A stretch of DNA of 64,000 nt. It comes from Spirochaetia bacterium. GTDB taxonomy: Bacteria > Spirochaetota > Spirochaetia > DSM-2461. The notes below the pieces were generated by a model. That model was not told the origin of the DNA. It made no database searches and worked only from the letters and a program-made list of their open reading frames with translations. The stretch is from NCBI GenBank assembly GCA_963668315.1, contig OY764216.1:4672001-4736000 (forward strand). Direction: 5' to 3'. Below are positions 29,707 to 37,542 of this stretch, in pieces (position 1 is the stretch's first letter; each line of letters begins with the position of its first letter). The translations under genes and the position numbers were made by a program.

Positions 29707-30210
29707 ATGGCGCTGAATGTAGTACTTTACGAACCGGAGATTCCCCAGAACACCGGTAATATCGCCCGGACCTGCGCCGCTACCGGCGCAACTTTGCATC
29801 TGATCCACCCCCTGGGATTCAGCGTGGAGGATAAGTATGTCAGGAGGGCGGGGCTGGATTACTGGAACCTTCTGGATATCCGGCACTATGACAACTGGGA
29901 CGATTTTCTTGAAAAAAACGGGGACGGCCCCTTCTACTTCGCCACGACCAAGGCCAGAAAGACCTATGCCGAGGTGGATTACGATGAGTCCTGTTATCTG
30001 GTTTTCGGACCTGAATCGCGGGGTCTGCCGGAAGAGCTGCTGGTCACTCACCGAAGCACCAACATACGCATTCCCATGAGAAAGGAAGCCCGCTCCCTGA
30101 ATCTGTCCAACTCCGTGGCTATTCTGGTTTACGAAGCGTTGAGACAGAGCGGATTCGAAGGACTGTCCGAAGAGGGGCACCTCCACAGACTGGAAGAGCC
30201 GGACGTATAA
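29707..30210 (+). CDS. trmL: tRNA (cytidine/uridine34-2'-O)-methyltransferase
   Basis: PEIPQNTGNIARTCAATG, RRAGLDYW, FGPESRGLP and RSLNLSN motifs. Confidence 0.95.
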   Translation: MALNVVLYEPEIPQNTGNIARTCAATGATLHLIHPLGFSVEDKYVRRAGLDYWNLLDIRHYDNWDDFLEKNGDGPFYFATTKARKTYAEVDYDESCYLVFGPESRGLPEELLVTHRSTNIRIPMRKEARSLNLSNSVAILVYEALRQSGFEGLSEEGHLHRLEEPDV

Positions 30211-30220
30211 GGGAGATCCC

Positions 30221-31090
30221 TCAGGGACGGCTTTCCTTCTGAAGGGAAAACTCAAACTCAATCTTCCTGATTTCACCCTGCCAGTACAGCTTTTCTCCTT
30301 CAGGAAGAATCCAGGAAACCTCCCCGGCCATGGGAACGAGAATCCCTTCATGTCTCTCATAACGGCTCCAACGCCCCTCCCAGGGCGTGGGAACGACTTC
30401 ATCCCCCACGGTTCTTCCCCGGACTTCGGCGTAAACAGACTCGATAAGCCCGTCTTCCCCGAACCGGAAGAGCAGTTGAGCCGTGAGATGACCGTCTGTC
30501 ATATAAGCGATAGCCGATGTATCGTCCACCCCTTGCCAGCGGACATTCCGCCCCGGCAGCAGAGCGGTGGGATACCAGGCGGCTTCGGCGAAATAGCGGA
30601 GAAACTCTCCTTCGGAGATTCCGTCGGAACCGCCCATATCCGCCACTGTAATCAGACCGAGCAGGGAAACATGCAGGGAGCCCTCTTCCCGTATATAGGT
30701 ATCGTGGACTCTCGCCGAAAGTCCGGGGGCCACTGCCACTTTCGCTTCCCAGTCAAATCCCGGTTTATCGGTGACCACATGCTGAACCGCCGAAAAGGAT
30801 TTCCAGTTGTCATCCTCCTCTCCCATATTGAAAAGACCGCTCTGCTCCAGATAGACCGACTCAATAGGAGGTTGTCCGTCCGAAAGAACCTGCCTGAAAA
30901 ACCTTTGTACCGGTTCGGGAAGAGATTCAAGGTCTTGATCGGAAAAAACGCCGCTTCCATGGGAAACACGGGCGCCGCGCAATGCCCGGAGATTTCCCTC
31001 GCGTTCCCTGTGCATTCTGAATAATCCGGTAATAACCAGAACAGCAGCGAGGATGAAAAGGGCTGTTAATACATATAGAAAAATCTTCAT
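30221..31090 (-). CDS. Membrane-anchored DUF6544-like protein
   Basis: N-terminal TM with LPEPVQRF, LRYFAEAAWYPTALL and PTPW motifs; family recalled from memory. Confidence 0.7.
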   Translation of the reverse strand: MKIFLYVLTALFILAAVLVITGLFRMHREREGNLRALRGARVSHGSGVFSDQDLESLPEPVQRFFRQVLSDGQPPIESVYLEQSGLFNMGEEDDNWKSFSAVQHVVTDKPGFDWEAKVAVAPGLSARVHDTYIREEGSLHVSLLGLITVADMGGSDGISEGEFLRYFAEAAWYPTALLPGRNVRWQGVDDTSAIAYMTDGHLTAQLLFRFGEDGLIESVYAEVRGRTVGDEVVPTPWEGRWSRYERHEGILVPMAGEVSWILPEGEKLYWQGEIRKIEFEFSLQKESRP

Positions 31091-31101
31091 ACTTATATAG
31101 A

Positions 31102-31263
31102 TTACGTCCTGAGAGCGACAAGAATCATCCCCAGACCGGAGAGTATGGATGTTATATCATAGGTCAGCACACGGGCATCGTCAATGATATTACCGATTCC
31201 GTTTACCAGAAGAAGAAACCCCAGAGTCAGCAAAGCTAAATTAATTCCCCGTGAGGTTTTCAT
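31102..31263 (-). CDS. Small two-TM membrane protein (53 aa)
   Basis: MKTSRGINLALLTLGFLLLVNGIGNIIDDARVLTYDITSILSGLGMILVALRT, packed tightly between same-strand neighbours. Confidence 0.55.
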   Translation of the reverse strand: MKTSRGINLALLTLGFLLLVNGIGNIIDDARVLTYDITSILSGLGMILVALRT

Positions 31264-31265
31264 AT

Positions 31266-31469
31266 TCAGCAGTCCGTCAGGGACTCCATATGCTCTCCGT
31301 TGGGGAGAAGCGTCAGAGGTACGGCCATGCCGGCACTCTTCAGTTTTCTTCTCTCGCAGTTTGCCAGTTCCGATCCCTGGCAATATTTAATGGCAAATAC
31401 CTTCTTGATAAATCCGGTCTGGCACTTCTCAAAAACCGGACACTTTTCCAGATATTCACAGCTGTTCAT
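31266..31469 (-). CDS. Small Cys-rich protein, putative metal-binding (67 aa)
   Basis: C-x5-CPxF ... YCxG ... CxR ... VP..LLPNG pattern, with its own promoter. Confidence 0.7.
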   Translation of the reverse strand: MNSCEYLEKCPVFEKCQTGFIKKVFAIKYCQGSELANCERRKLKSAGMAVPLTLLPNGEHMESLTDC

Positions 31470-31483
31470 AAGTAAACCCCTTA

Positions 31484-31529
31484 TACAATTTATATAAACA
31501 ATTGTAGTACAGGGGATTTATCTATGCAA
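31484..31529 (-). promoter_or_regulatory. Promoter TTGCAT-17-TACAAT with overlapping inverted repeat TACAATT-N9-AATTGTA
   Basis: Read directly: -35 at 31529-31524, -10 at 31506-31501, repeat arms at 31484-31490 and 31500-31506. Confidence 0.5.
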
Positions 31530-31551
31530 ATGAAAAATCAGTTAATTTTCA

Positions 31552-32301
31552 CTATAGACGGTTTATCATGTCCGCCTGATAGGCTGCCCCGAACCCGTTG
31601 TCGATATTGACGACCGATATACCGGAGGCGCAGCTGTTCAGCATGGTCAGGAGGGCGGAAAGTCCGTTGAAACTCGCCCCGTAACCGACACTCGTGGGCA
31701 CGGCAATAACGGGAGCATTGACCAGTCCCCCCACGACGCTTGCCAGAGCCCCTTCCATACCGGCGACCACGATAAGCACTTTGGCTTTCTGAAGGAGCTC
31801 CAGCCTGCCGAAAAGCCTGTGAATGCCGGCCACCCCCACATCATATACCCGTTCCACCCGGCTTCCGAAGAATTCCGCCGTAACGGCCGCTTCCTCCGCC
31901 ACGGGAATATCGGAAGTTCCCGCGGTCACCACGGCGATAAAAGAGCCCCTTTCCGTAGGGGTATCGTCCCCGCCGGCGGTGATGGTACGGGCCATGGGAT
32001 CATACTGAAGCCGATCGGACAGATCCTTAACAAAATTGAACTGCTCCTCCGACGCCCTGGTCCCCAGGATTCGGGCGCCCTGCTCCAGAAAATAGGAGAT
32101 GATCCCCCTTAACTGTTCATTCGACTTCCCGCTGCAGTAAATTACCTCCGGATATCCCACGCGAAGGGCCCGGTGATTATCAAGGCAGGCATATTTGAGA
32201 TCTTTGAAAGGAAGATCCCGCAACTTCGCCAGGGCATCCTCTTTCCCGAGGCTCCCCTCCTTATAAGAGTCCAGAACCTCCATCAAATCTTCCGGTCTCA
32301 T
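31552..32301 (-). CDS. larB: Nickel-pincer cofactor biosynthesis protein LarB
   Basis: AGTSDIPVAEEA, DVGVAGIHRL, AGMEGALASV, PTSVGYGA and NSCASG..VVNIDNGFGAA motifs. Confidence 0.95.
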   Translation of the reverse strand: MRPEDLMEVLDSYKEGSLGKEDALAKLRDLPFKDLKYACLDNHRALRVGYPEVIYCSGKSNEQLRGIISYFLEQGARILGTRASEEQFNFVKDLSDRLQYDPMARTITAGGDDTPTERGSFIAVVTAGTSDIPVAEEAAVTAEFFGSRVERVYDVGVAGIHRLFGRLELLQKAKVLIVVAGMEGALASVVGGLVNAPVIAVPTSVGYGASFNGLSALLTMLNSCASGISVVNIDNGFGAAYQADMINRL

Positions 32302-33542
32302 AAAAGTTCGCCTCCCAGTATCCGATAGACCTCCGGCAGGGATAGATTTTTCTCCCGGGAGATCCGCAGGCAATCGTCGAACTCCAGCTTGGATTTTACT
32401 TTTTTTCCGCCGGAGTAAAGAGTCTTCACCCGGACAGGCCCCAGGGAGCTCTCCCGCTCTTCCGTTTTTCTCGGACGGTCCTGCTTTGTGACCCTGAATG
32501 TCCGGAAACCGAAACTGCTCGTTTCCGAGAGGAGAAGACGGCCCAGTTCATTTTCCCTCTCGGGAGAGGCAAGGACACTGACCTTGACGGCGGGCCGTCC
32601 CTTCTTCATGATAAGGGGAGTGAGGTAGGCATCGTAAACCCCCTTCTCAAACAGACGGTCCAGAAGGGGAGCATACAGCTCGGGGTTCATATCGTCGATG
32701 TTGCACTCCATCATAACCGCCTCAACGCTCTCCTGAACGGCGGCAGACTGGTATCCCCAGGTGACGCGGAGTACATTGGGGATATCCGTATCCCGATGGC
32801 CGATACCGTAGCCCACCCGTTCGGGACGGAAGGAAAGAGAATCGGTATACCGGTCCACGGCGGATGCCAGAATCGCGGCGCCCGTTGGCGTCGTCGTCTC
32901 AAAAGGCACCGCTCCTGTCTTTACCGGCGCGTCCCGGAGAATTTCCAGCGTAGCCGGTGCCGGGACGGGCATAAGACCGTGGGCGCACTTGACGAAGCCG
33001 CCGCCCAGTTCAATGGTGGAACAGTAGATTCTGTCGGGCTTCAGATAATCCAGACAGATGGCGGCCGCCGCAATATCCACGATGGAATCCACGGCGCCCA
33101 CTTCATGAAAATGAACCTGATCGGCCGGTTTGTTATGGATTTTACCCTCCGCTTCAGCTACCCGGGCAAAGATATCCAGGGCCCGGGACTTGACTGCTTC
33201 GGTAAGACCGGAACGGGCAAAGATTTCTTTGATGGCGGCAAAGTTTCTATGTTCATGCTGATGTTCATGCTGATGTTCATGCTGATGTTCGTGGTCATGA
33301 TGATGTTCGTGGTCATGATGATGTTCGTGATCATGATCCGCCAGAATCACATCGGTTCTAAGCCCCCATATGCCCATCTTCTGATCCTCGGCAAACTGTA
33401 TATGATATCCTTCGAGGGGAACTTTCTTTAACTCATCGAGTAGATAATCCCGGGGAACACCCAGATTAACCAGGGCGGATATCGTCATGTCACCGGAAAT
33501 ACCGGAAAAACAGTGGAAATAGAGTATTTTCTCTTCCATCAT
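32298..33542 (-). CDS. larC: Nickel insertase LarC (single-chain)
   Basis: GISGDM, His-rich tract, HFHEVGAVDSIVDI, PVPAPAT, TPTGAA, NIDDMNPE and MKKGRP motifs. Confidence 0.95.
   Translation of the reverse strand: MMEEKILYFHCFSGISGDMTISALVNLGVPRDYLLDELKKVPLEGYHIQFAEDQKMGIWGLRTDVILADHDHEHHHDHEHHHDHEHQHEHQHEHQHEHRNFAAIKEIFARSGLTEAVKSRALDIFARVAEAEGKIHNKPADQVHFHEVGAVDSIVDIAAAAICLDYLKPDRIYCSTIELGGGFVKCAHGLMPVPAPATLEILRDAPVKTGAVPFETTTPTGAAILASAVDRYTDSLSFRPERVGYGIGHRDTDIPNVLRVTWGYQSAAVQESVEAVMMECNIDDMNPELYAPLLDRLFEKGVYDAYLTPLIMKKGRPAVKVSVLASPERENELGRLLLSETSSFGFRTFRVTKQDRPRKTEERESSLGPVRVKTLYSGGKKVKSKLEFDDCLRISREKNLSLPEVYRILGGELL
33247..33338 (-). repeat. Tandem 12- and 18-bp repeats encoding the LarC His-rich tract
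   Basis: GTTCATGCTGAT x3 and GTTCGTGGTCATGATGAT x2, encoding HDHEHHHDHEHHHDHEHQHEHQHEHQHEH. Confidence 0.85.
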
Positions 33543-34360
33543 TACGCTCCTTGTTTCTTTTCATCGAATTGATTAAGGCTGCCCATGGCATATCCCTCCA
33601 GTTCCAGGCAGACATAGGTATAACCCAGATTTTTAAGGGAACGGGAGATTTTCTCCATCAGGGCCGGCTCCAGGATTCTGCCCATCTCTTCCCGGGCCAG
33701 TTCGATACGTCCGATCCGGTCGTGATGGCGCAGACGGACCTGCCGAAAACCCAGAGAGTGCAGATATGCCTCCCCCTTCTCCACCATGGAGAGATTCTCC
33801 CCGGTCAGAGGCGAACCATAGGGGATACGGGAGGCCAGGCAGGCATAGGCCGGCAGATTCCAGGTTGCCAGTTCCAGCTCCCGGGAAATATCCCTGATAT
33901 CGGCTTTTGTCAAACCGCACTCTTTCAAGGGACTGACGATCTTAAGTTCCGCCAGAGCCTTCATGCCCGGGCGGTAGTCGCTCTGATCATCCACATTGGA
34001 GCCGTCAAAGACGGTTTCTATCCCCCCTTCGGCCGCTGCCGCAGTAATGGAGGAAAAGACAATTTTCTTACAGTGATAACAGCGGTCAGCCGGGTTGGAT
34101 GCCACTACCGGATCCAGTTTTCCGAACTCGATAATTTTCTGGTTTATTCCTATGGAGCGGGCCATGGCAACGGACATCTCCTTCTCCCGTTCAGGAATAA
34201 GAACGGAAAAAACCGTTACGGCCAGGGCCTTATCGCCCAGAGCGTCCGCCGCTGCCCTGCACAACAGGGTACTGTCCACTCCTCCGGAAAAGGCTACCGC
34301 CGCCGAAGGGTAATTCTTAATAAAGGCTGTCAGCCGTTTATACTTTTCTTGCCAACTCAT
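33542..34360 (-). CDS. larE: ATP-dependent sulfur transferase LarE
   Basis: PP-loop SGGVDS, RCYHCK, DYRPG and CLASRIPYG motifs. Confidence 0.95.
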   Translation of the reverse strand: MSWQEKYKRLTAFIKNYPSAAVAFSGGVDSTLLCRAAADALGDKALAVTVFSVLIPEREKEMSVAMARSIGINQKIIEFGKLDPVVASNPADRCYHCKKIVFSSITAAAAEGGIETVFDGSNVDDQSDYRPGMKALAELKIVSPLKECGLTKADIRDISRELELATWNLPAYACLASRIPYGSPLTGENLSMVEKGEAYLHSLGFRQVRLRHHDRIGRIELAREEMGRILEPALMEKISRSLKNLGYTYVCLELEGYAMGSLNQFDEKKQGA

Positions 34361-35127
34361 CTGTCAAACTCCTTTTTTACCTGAAGCCCACAATGCTCGC
34401 AGCGCTGCAGCATAAGGGGCAGTTCCATCCGGTACATCTCCATTTTCCCCCTGTCGGAAAGCACCGTTTCCACATCGCCGGTCTCAACAATCCTCCCCTC
34501 GAAAAGAACGGAAACCTCGGTGCATGTCTCCCAGATAAGATCGAGATCGTGGGAAACGATAATCATGGCATGGGGCAGTTCCCGAATCGTATTGATCAGA
34601 GTCCGGCGGGAACGGGAGTCGAGACCGGCGCTCGGCTCGTCGAGCAGAAGGATTTCCGGATCCATGCTCAAAACCGATGCCAGGGCGGCGGATTTCTTCT
34701 CTCCCCCCGATAGGGCATGGGGAGCCCTGTCGGCCAGATGGGATATGCCGACCGTCTTCAGGGCTTTGTCCACCCTCTCCTTCACCTCATCCGGTGAGAG
34801 CCCCATATTCAGAGGTCCGAAAGCCACATCGGCCTCTACGGAATGGGAGAAGAGCTGATGATCCGAATTCTGGAAGAGAAGTCCCAGCTTCTTGCGGATC
34901 TCCTTCACGGTGGATTTTTCCAGCACCCTTCCGCCTACCCTGACCGTGCCGCTCTCCTCCTGCAGGATACCGGTTATCAGCTGGAGCAGTGTGGATTTTC
35001 CCGCACCGTTGGGTCCTATGATCCCATGTCTGGCGAGGGGCCGCAGCTCAAAGTCCACCCCGTTGAGCGCTTTGGTCCCGTTGGTATAACGATAGCGCAG
35101 GGCTTCGATTTTCAGAGGCGTACTCAC
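34357..35127 (-). CDS. cbiO: Ni/Co ECF transporter ATPase (CbiO/NikO-like)
   Basis: GPNGAGKST, FQNSDHQLF, DVAFGP.N, LSGGEKK and DEP motifs. GTG start at 35127. Confidence 0.88.
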   Translation of the reverse strand: MSTPLKIEALRYRYTNGTKALNGVDFELRPLARHGIIGPNGAGKSTLLQLITGILQEESGTVRVGGRVLEKSTVKEIRKKLGLLFQNSDHQLFSHSVEADVAFGPLNMGLSPDEVKERVDKALKTVGISHLADRAPHALSGGEKKSAALASVLSMDPEILLLDEPSAGLDSRSRRTLINTIRELPHAMIIVSHDLDLIWETCTEVSVLFEGRIVETGDVETVLSDRGKMEMYRMELPLMLQRCEHCGLQVKKEFDR

Positions 35128-35893
35128 AGGGCAGCCCTCCTTAGAATAAAGCAGTAGGCAGTCCAGAAGAGGCACCAGAGGATATCGGCAGGACCGGTTT
35201 TCTCCCGACTGCCCGGAGAGAGATATTCGATTTCCCCTCCCCTTAAATCGATGGCGTTCTGAAGGCCCTCCGCCTTTCTGAGAGTCCGGAGAAACCACTG
35301 TCCCCCCAGGGGACCCCAATCCTTCCAGTAAATCCCCCTGTGTCCGGGAGCCCTGAGACTATAAGCCTGTAGATGATCTTCCCCTCATTCAGAAGCAGCC
35401 GGATATACCGGAACGTCACGGAAAGAATCGAGATAAACAGAGGGGGAACCCGGAACCTCCCCAGAGCGGAGAGCACTCCTCCGAATCCCTTCAGCCCGAT
35501 GAAGGAGAGGGCGGCGAGAATGGCCAGGGTTCCCTTGAGAAGGAGTGTTCCCCCGGTAACCCATCCTTCCCTGATAATGACGCCGGGATATACTTCAAAG
35601 GAACCGCCGTCGAAAATCAGACTGGAGAGAAAGAAAAAGAAAAAGAGGGGCACCACGGTCAGATAAATCCGAAGAAGAAGAGACAGAGGCGTCCTTCCCA
35701 CGCCTATCATAACCGCAGGGTACAGCAGAAATCCCCCCAGGGACAATGATCCGGTCTTCCCGAAGGAGGTTACCGTCAGAATAAACACGAGCAATACGAT
35801 AAAATGCGCCGTCGCCCCGGCCCGGTCCAGAGGGGATTCTCTGTCGGAAGACTCTTCCAGCAGCGCCAGCACATCGGCCGAATCAAATGTCAC
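35124..35893 (-). pseudogene. cbiQ: ECF transmembrane component (CbiQ/NikQ-like) with a 1-nt frameshift (real or assembly error)
   Basis: Frame 1 matches CbiQ up to FRYIRLLLNEG. The -1 frame continues AYSLRAP...AIDLRG...RRAAL* to TGA at 35126-35124, overlapping the cbiO GTG. The span is 770 nt (3n+2). Confidence 0.8.
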
Positions 35894-36899
35894 CTGCGGA
35901 ACTCCCCTTCTTTCTCAATCCCCTGGCAAGAAAAAGGAACAGACTGATGGCGGCGAGGGTCAGAAGAACACCGACGATTCCGGAAAGCACGGTCCCCGTC
36001 GCAGGGCCGATCCCGCCGCTCCTCGCCCCGTAATCGGGAAGAAAGGAGAGGCGGGCCTGAAGCCATTCGGCGGCGTTATGCAGATTGTTCCCCAGGCCGG
36101 TTTTCATCCTTACGGTGACGTTCTCCAGGGACCATTCCAGACCGTCGGGAAGCTCGGATGCGAAAAGTGACAGGACCGTGCCCGTAAGTAAAGCGGCGGC
36201 GCCCAGGAGGGGGACAAGTTTCTCACCCCGGCCCGAAGACCTGTTCATTTGGGAGGACCGCTCAAACAGATCGGGGGCCTGGGAAAAGAGATAGCCCACC
36301 AGAACGGCGGTAATAAGTCCCTCTATAAGCCCTATGGCCAGGTGGACCGACTGCATGAGAATCAGAAAAGTTCCGTAGGGCAGCGTGACCCGGCCGGAAA
36401 AAAACGTTTCGGCCACGACACCCAGGGAACCGAACTGCAGTCCCGCCACTGCCGTCAGGACCGAAGCGGTAAAAAGATTTTTCCGGGAGTCCGATCTTCT
36501 CCTCATCCTCTTGAAGATAAGGGGATAGGCCAGAAAATTCATAAAAAAGGCCATATTCATGAGGTTCGATCCCAGGGCCAGTATCCCCCCGTCGGCAAAA
36601 AAGAAAGCCTGTATGAGAAGTATTGTCGCCATGGCGAGAAAAGAGAGATAGGGCCCCAGAAGTATGGTCAAAAAGAGGGCGCCCGAAATATGGCCGCTCG
36701 ATCCGGTCCCCGGTATGGTAAAATTAATCATCTGGGCGGCGAATATAAAGGCTGCCGAAACGCCTGTCAGAGATACGATCCGGCTGGACTCAGCCAGGGT
36801 CTCCCTGCTTTTCCTGAGAGAATAGCCCCCGGCTGAGACAGCCAGAGCCCACATACCTCCCCCTACGGCGGGGGAAAGGAACGCATCTGCCATGTGCAT
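35883..36899 (-). CDS. cbiM: ECF substrate component CbiM/NikM fused to a PDGLE (CbiN-like) domain
   Basis: Metal-binding N-terminus MHMAD, FAAQMINF.IPGTGSSGH and PDGLEW motifs. Confidence 0.92.
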   Translation of the reverse strand: MHMADAFLSPAVGGGMWALAVSAGGYSLRKSRETLAESSRIVSLTGVSAAFIFAAQMINFTIPGTGSSGHISGALFLTILLGPYLSFLAMATILLIQAFFFADGGILALGSNLMNMAFFMNFLAYPLIFKRMRRRSDSRKNLFTASVLTAVAGLQFGSLGVVAETFFSGRVTLPYGTFLILMQSVHLAIGLIEGLITAVLVGYLFSQAPDLFERSSQMNRSSGRGEKLVPLLGAAALLTGTVLSLFASELPDGLEWSLENVTVRMKTGLGNNLHNAAEWLQARLSFLPDYGARSGGIGPATGTVLSGIVGVLLTLAAISLFLFLARGLRKKGSSAGDI

Positions 36900-37017
36900 A
36901 GTAAAATCCTTTGTACGAAAGTTCCGGGCTCCTTCCTGAAGCCGACAGATCTTTGTCGATGTTGTGGTGAGATGAAATGATGGCAGAGCCTTCTTGGCTC
37001 CATTCTTGAAGAAACAA

Positions 37018-37440
37018 TCAGTCTTTGATTATTTCTTTCACCTGCAGAATCAGGTCGTCAACCAGATTCTGCATGGTCTTGTTTTCGCTGCCCGCGATAC
37101 TCACACTGCACTTCTGTACGGGGATCAGTATCTTCCTGCAGGGAGCGGAACCGATGGCTTCGGCCATTTTCGGCGTTAACTCTCCCAGCATGGAGTTGGC
37201 AACAACGATTCCTATGGGTCCGACAATCAGATCCACCCTGGCAACCGTCTGAACGATGGCGTTCTCTCCGGTAGCCCCTTCATCGGCACCGGCCTTGATC
37301 ATGGTTGATGTGGCAAGGGCATTGGTACCCAGGGCGACAACAGTTATCCGGTTATCCAGTTTATCCTTGAGGTTCTGGATCAGGTTCTTCCCGATTCCTC
37401 CCCCCTGGCCGTCCACGACCGCTATTCGAAACATTACCAT
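37018..37440 (-). CDS. DUF3842 family protein
   Basis: IAVVDGQGGGIG, ALGTNALAT..M.KAGA..GATGENA and GELTP.MA.AI motifs. Confidence 0.85.
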   Translation of the reverse strand: MVMFRIAVVDGQGGGIGKNLIQNLKDKLDNRITVVALGTNALATSTMIKAGADEGATGENAIVQTVARVDLIVGPIGIVVANSMLGELTPKMAEAIGSAPCRKILIPVQKCSVSIAGSENKTMQNLVDDLILQVKEIIKD

Positions 37441-37542
37441 TGCAGTAAGCATTCTATCATCCGGAGATAACTCCAGGGCAACCCCCCGAAGGGGGTTTTT
37501 AACTATTTTTCCGCCCAATTGCCCGCGGAAACCCTGCCGGGA

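Noticed and set aside
27625..30402. 925-aa antisense ORF
   Set aside because: Shadow of rel and trmL, which share a frame; it has no motifs and an atypical composition.
33247..33338. Tandem repeats as a CRISPR array
   Set aside because: They are short coding repeats with no spacers, and no cas genes are present.
32298..33542. Programmed frameshift in larC, as in Lactiplantibacillus
   Set aside because: larC is one continuous ORF here.
37481..37500. Hairpin ACCCCC-CGAA-GGGGGT as the terminator of the aldo-keto reductase
   Set aside because: The T run is on the plus strand while the flanking genes are on the minus strand, so termination of the minus transcript is unsupported.
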